A stretch of 18,106 nt of DNA, from UHGV virus genome UHGV-0176695; one strand, written 5' to 3'. The translations under genes and the position numbers were made by a program. This document shows positions 15,808-18,106 of this stretch, one piece after another. The notes below the pieces were generated by a model. It saw only the letters and a list, made by a program, of their open reading frames with translations, was not told the DNA's origin and searched no databases. The DNA comes from a virus. Numbering within the stretch: the first letter of the stretch is position 1; every line of letters begins with the position of its first letter.

Positions 15808-16632
15808 TCATCGCAAAACATCCTCTGCACTTATCAGTTCGTTCCGCTTCAGGTAGTCCATCGCCTTATCCGGCAATTTACAGTCCGGCTTCACTTTCTT
15901 CAGTTGACTGACCAATTGCTTAACCAGCATGGTTAATTCGTCAGTCTGTTTGCCTGGTACTGGTGGATTGTCGGTTGTACCATGACTGGCAGTACAGTTG
16001 GCACTTCCTCCCTTCTCCTCCCGCAGCGGTTCAGGCAACGCATCCAGTGAAGCTTTCACAAACCACGCTGCCTGTACTATAACGCCATGAATCCAGCGCA
16101 AATCAGCATCACGATCTTTCTTTTTCATCTTCTCGCCACTTAAAGCCTGGCTTATGTGGCTGCGTACCAGGTCTTCATGTAACTCCTTCGCATCCTCAAT
16201 AGTGAAACCACCAGGCAGGCGAGCCGGGGTTACATGAGGGTTGCCTTCCCTCTGACTCTGAAGCATGGCGGCGCGGCAGGCGTTCCAGCCATCAACATAA
16301 TCAAACGTATTGCTATCGTCTGGCTCGATTTCAGCCGGCACTATCAGCGCAGGCTGGACGGCAACATTGGCAAAGGCTGCGCGCAACCCGGTTTTAATTT
16401 CTTCGATTTCATCAGAGCCAAGCGATGAGTCAGAAAGCGCATGGTGAAATGCGTAAGCCATGTCGTCGTTGATTTCTACAGGCACACTATCAGCCTTGCG
16501 GCGCTCCTGTAGCTCGCGCAGAGCCGCTGCAACATAATGACTATTGTGCTGGTCAGCCCACAGAATGAGCCGAATCAACGTTGCATTTGAAACGTATTCG
16601 TCTGTTAGTTTGCTATTGGTAAAAGTGGTCAT
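15808..16632 (-). CDS. Hypothetical protein (274 aa)
   Basis: ATG at 16632 overlaps the HNH gene stop (ATGA); long ORF on the operon strand; acidic. No family recognised. Confidence 0.6.
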   Translation of the reverse strand: MTTFTNSKLTDEYVSNATLIRLILWADQHNSHYVAAALRELQERRKADSVPVEINDDMAYAFHHALSDSSLGSDEIEEIKTGLRAAFANVAVQPALIVPAEIEPDDSNTFDYVDGWNACRAAMLQSQREGNPHVTPARLPGGFTIEDAKELHEDLVRSHISQALSGEKMKKKDRDADLRWIHGVIVQAAWFVKASLDALPEPLREEKGGSANCTASHGTTDNPPVPGKQTDELTMLVKQLVSQLKKVKPDCKLPDKAMDYLKRNELISAEDVLR

Positions 16633-16994
16633 GCCGTAGCCCCTTCTTGATATTTTTCAAACCAGAACACAACCGGGTCAGATTTCATTTCAACCAATCC
16701 CATACGAACCAGCGCTTTGCCTTTCCCGGACGCAAGGAATTCACGACGACCATCACTGATAATTCGCCGATAATCTTCCAGGCTACTGCAATGCTTGTGC
16801 AGATTGCATGGGTGGCATGCCGGAACCATGTTGGATATATCGTCACGATCCTGGTGAAGCATATTTCCAGCAAAACGAATGACCGGTTTTACGTGGTCTG
16901 CGTGCCACTTTTCGCCAAGTTCGCAGCCGCAATAAGCACAGCGACCGCCGAACTTCATGCGTAATTCTGCACGTTGTTTTTTCGTCAGTGCCAT
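16629..16994 (-). CDS. HNH endonuclease
   Basis: Track ORF trimmed to ATG 16994 (AAGGA ribosome-binding site). Canonical HNH layout: CAYCG...HADHVKP...PACHPCNLHK. Confidence 0.7.
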   Translation of the reverse strand: MALTKKQRAELRMKFGGRCAYCGCELGEKWHADHVKPVIRFAGNMLHQDRDDISNMVPACHPCNLHKHCSSLEDYRRIISDGRREFLASGKGKALVRMGLVEMKSDPVVFWFEKYQEGATA

Positions 16995-16995
16995 T

Positions 16996-17214
16996 TCAGT
17001 TTTCCTTATATGGATTAATTTTATTGTGCAGTGTATTGAACGACGCCCATACCACGTCGTTATACAATTCAATAAATAGCTCAATTATTTTTCCGATTCC
17101 CCATACCAGAATTAAAGGGGATATCGGTATCATCAACACGATAAACAGAATGAGAAACAGGAGTTCTATTACCCTGCTTTTTCGCGGATAAATTTTTTTA
17201 AATAATGTAGGCAT
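16996..17214 (-). CDS. Small membrane protein (72 aa)
   Basis: Track ORF 16996..17340 trimmed to ATG 17214 behind an AAGGAG ribosome-binding site with a 7-nt spacer; MPTLFKKIYPRKSRVIELLFLILFIVLMIPISPLILVWGIG... is strongly hydrophobic; the gene is AT-rich compared with its flanks. Confidence 0.45.
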   Translation of the reverse strand: MPTLFKKIYPRKSRVIELLFLILFIVLMIPISPLILVWGIGKIIELFIELYNDVVWASFNTLHNKINPYKEN

Positions 17215-17215
17215 A

Positions 17216-17410
17216 TCACTCTCCTTTAGTGCGGAAGTGGTTTTTCCAGCGGTTTTGTGCCGCGCTTCTGTTTCGCCAGACACCGTAAAAACGAATAGAG
17301 GACCACTCCCTAAAACCAAGATATCTATAGCGAACAACAAGTCGATTTGAGATACGAATAAGTTGCCCTGGCTTTGCTATCAGCAGTCTTGCCTTACGGT
17401 TTTTCATCAT
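17216..17410 (-). CDS. Small basic protein (64 aa), hypothetical
   Basis: Tandem ATGs at 17410/17407 behind an AGGAG ribosome-binding site; stop TGA adjoins the next ATG (TGATATG). Rich in Arg/Lys with several rare Arg codons. Confidence 0.35.
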   Translation of the reverse strand: MMKNRKARLLIAKPGQLIRISNRLVVRYRYLGFREWSSIRFYGVWRNRSAAQNRWKNHFRTKGE

Positions 17411-17577
17411 TTTGCTCTCCTGCGTTTCTTTGCTTCGCGTCGTGCAGCAGCAATACCGGTATGGCGCTTTGGTGCCGGGATGATGTTGTCAGCCATCAGG
17501 ATATTCGGCTTTGCAATTAGCGCAGAAGCCCAAAAACGAGTCGGGTACGGTAACAGGCCGATACATGCCACACGCAT
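17407..17577 (-). CDS. Small basic protein (56 aa), hypothetical; not in the ORF track
   Basis: ATG at 17577 overlaps the stop of the 159-aa gene (TAATG) and follows a strong AAAGGAGGTGA ribosome-binding site; its stop overlaps the next ATG (ATGA). Hand translation MRVACIGLLPYPTRFWASALIAKPNILMADNIIPAPKRHTGIAAARREAKKRRRAK. Confidence 0.3.
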   Translation of the reverse strand: MRVACIGLLPYPTRFWASALIAKPNILMADNIIPAPKRHTGIAAARREAKKRRRAK

Positions 17578-18056
17578 TACTCACCTCCTTTGGCGTCAAT
17601 ATTTACAGCCTGGCAAGCCTCGTTGAGCACCCAGTCAACCGCGTCTTTCCATGCTCCGGTTTCAGCTGGCGGATTCTCACACTTTACCTGTTCATAGAAG
17701 CGTACAGCCTTAACCAGTCCGTCCGGCACTGCCTGTACCATCTGCGCCCTGACCCACGCCACCCGCGACGGGTTCATATGGCACATGTTGTTCCTTTTTT
17801 CTTCATGGTAATGCCCATTACTCTCGTTAAATGGCAACACCTCATACAGCCCGGCACTTCTGAAATCAGCGTGTAATTGTTCCAGTGCCGCTTCGCTGGA
17901 GGTACCGATTGATGTGAGATAATCGAAAAGATTGGCGCATAAACCATAATTTCGAGAAAACACCCCACCTGGTTTCGCCCCATTACTCAGCCACAAATCA
18001 TAAGCAATATAAAACCCGTAAAGCTGTTGTCTGATATTTTCTTTGATGTCTTGCAT
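17577..18056 (-). CDS. Hypothetical phage protein (159 aa)
   Basis: ATG at 18056 with a GGTGA ribosome-binding site; overlaps the stop of the upstream partial gene (TAATG). No family recognised. Confidence 0.6.
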   Translation of the reverse strand: MQDIKENIRQQLYGFYIAYDLWLSNGAKPGGVFSRNYGLCANLFDYLTSIGTSSEAALEQLHADFRSAGLYEVLPFNESNGHYHEEKRNNMCHMNPSRVAWVRAQMVQAVPDGLVKAVRFYEQVKCENPPAETGAWKDAVDWVLNEACQAVNIDAKGGE

Positions 18057-18106
18057 TATTTATCACCGCCCTTTAGGGCGGCCTCCTGATGTTCTGAGGG
18101 TGCAGA
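18056..18106 (-). CDS. Partial CDS (3' end only; gene begins beyond the window end)
   Basis: Frame open from the window edge to TAA at 18058..18056 (...SAPSEHQEAALKGGDK*), overlapping the next ATG. Confidence 0.3.
   Translation of the reverse strand, partial: SAPSEHQEAALKGGDK

Noticed and set aside
18067-18082. Hairpin CCGCCC-TTTA-GGGCGG near the window end as a terminator
   Set aside because: No U-tract on either strand, and it lies inside the 3' end of the partial upstream coding frame just before the next gene's ribosome-binding site; more likely an mRNA structure than a terminator.

Overview
The window reads as a contiguous segment of a lambdoid (lambda-like) enterobacterial prophage or phage, with every supported gene on the minus strand, so transcription runs from high to low coordinates. 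All calls come from reading the sequence and ORF track by eye; family assignments are from motifs, synteny and memory, and nothing was searched or computed. In transcription order: a nin-like block of tightly coupled small genes with an HNH endonuclease (18056-15808); a hok-type type I toxin locus with a structured leader (15600-15100); a DUF968-like protein, RusA resolvase and a Q-like antiterminator (14756-12649); a late-promoter/terminator pair resembling pR'/tR' (12665-12560); a small HTH protein and an orphan DNA methyltransferase (12436-11042); tRNA-Thr and tRNA-Gly (10872-10719); a terminator-flanked AT-rich cargo gene at the position Stx phages use for toxin genes (10286-9702); a lysis cassette of two membrane proteins and a peptidase M15 endolysin (9542-8505); a cluster of small membrane and lipoprotein ORFs (8434-7609); then terminase small and large subunits, a gpW-like protein, portal, a fused protease-capsid protein and a small capsid-associated protein (6848-50). 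The most interesting candidates for something undescribed are the insulated cargo gene and the coupled small membrane/lipoprotein ORFs downstream of the endolysin. Many track ORFs begin at GTG or TTG, so several starts were re-placed at ATGs with ribosome-binding sites. Hairpin coordinates are approximate.
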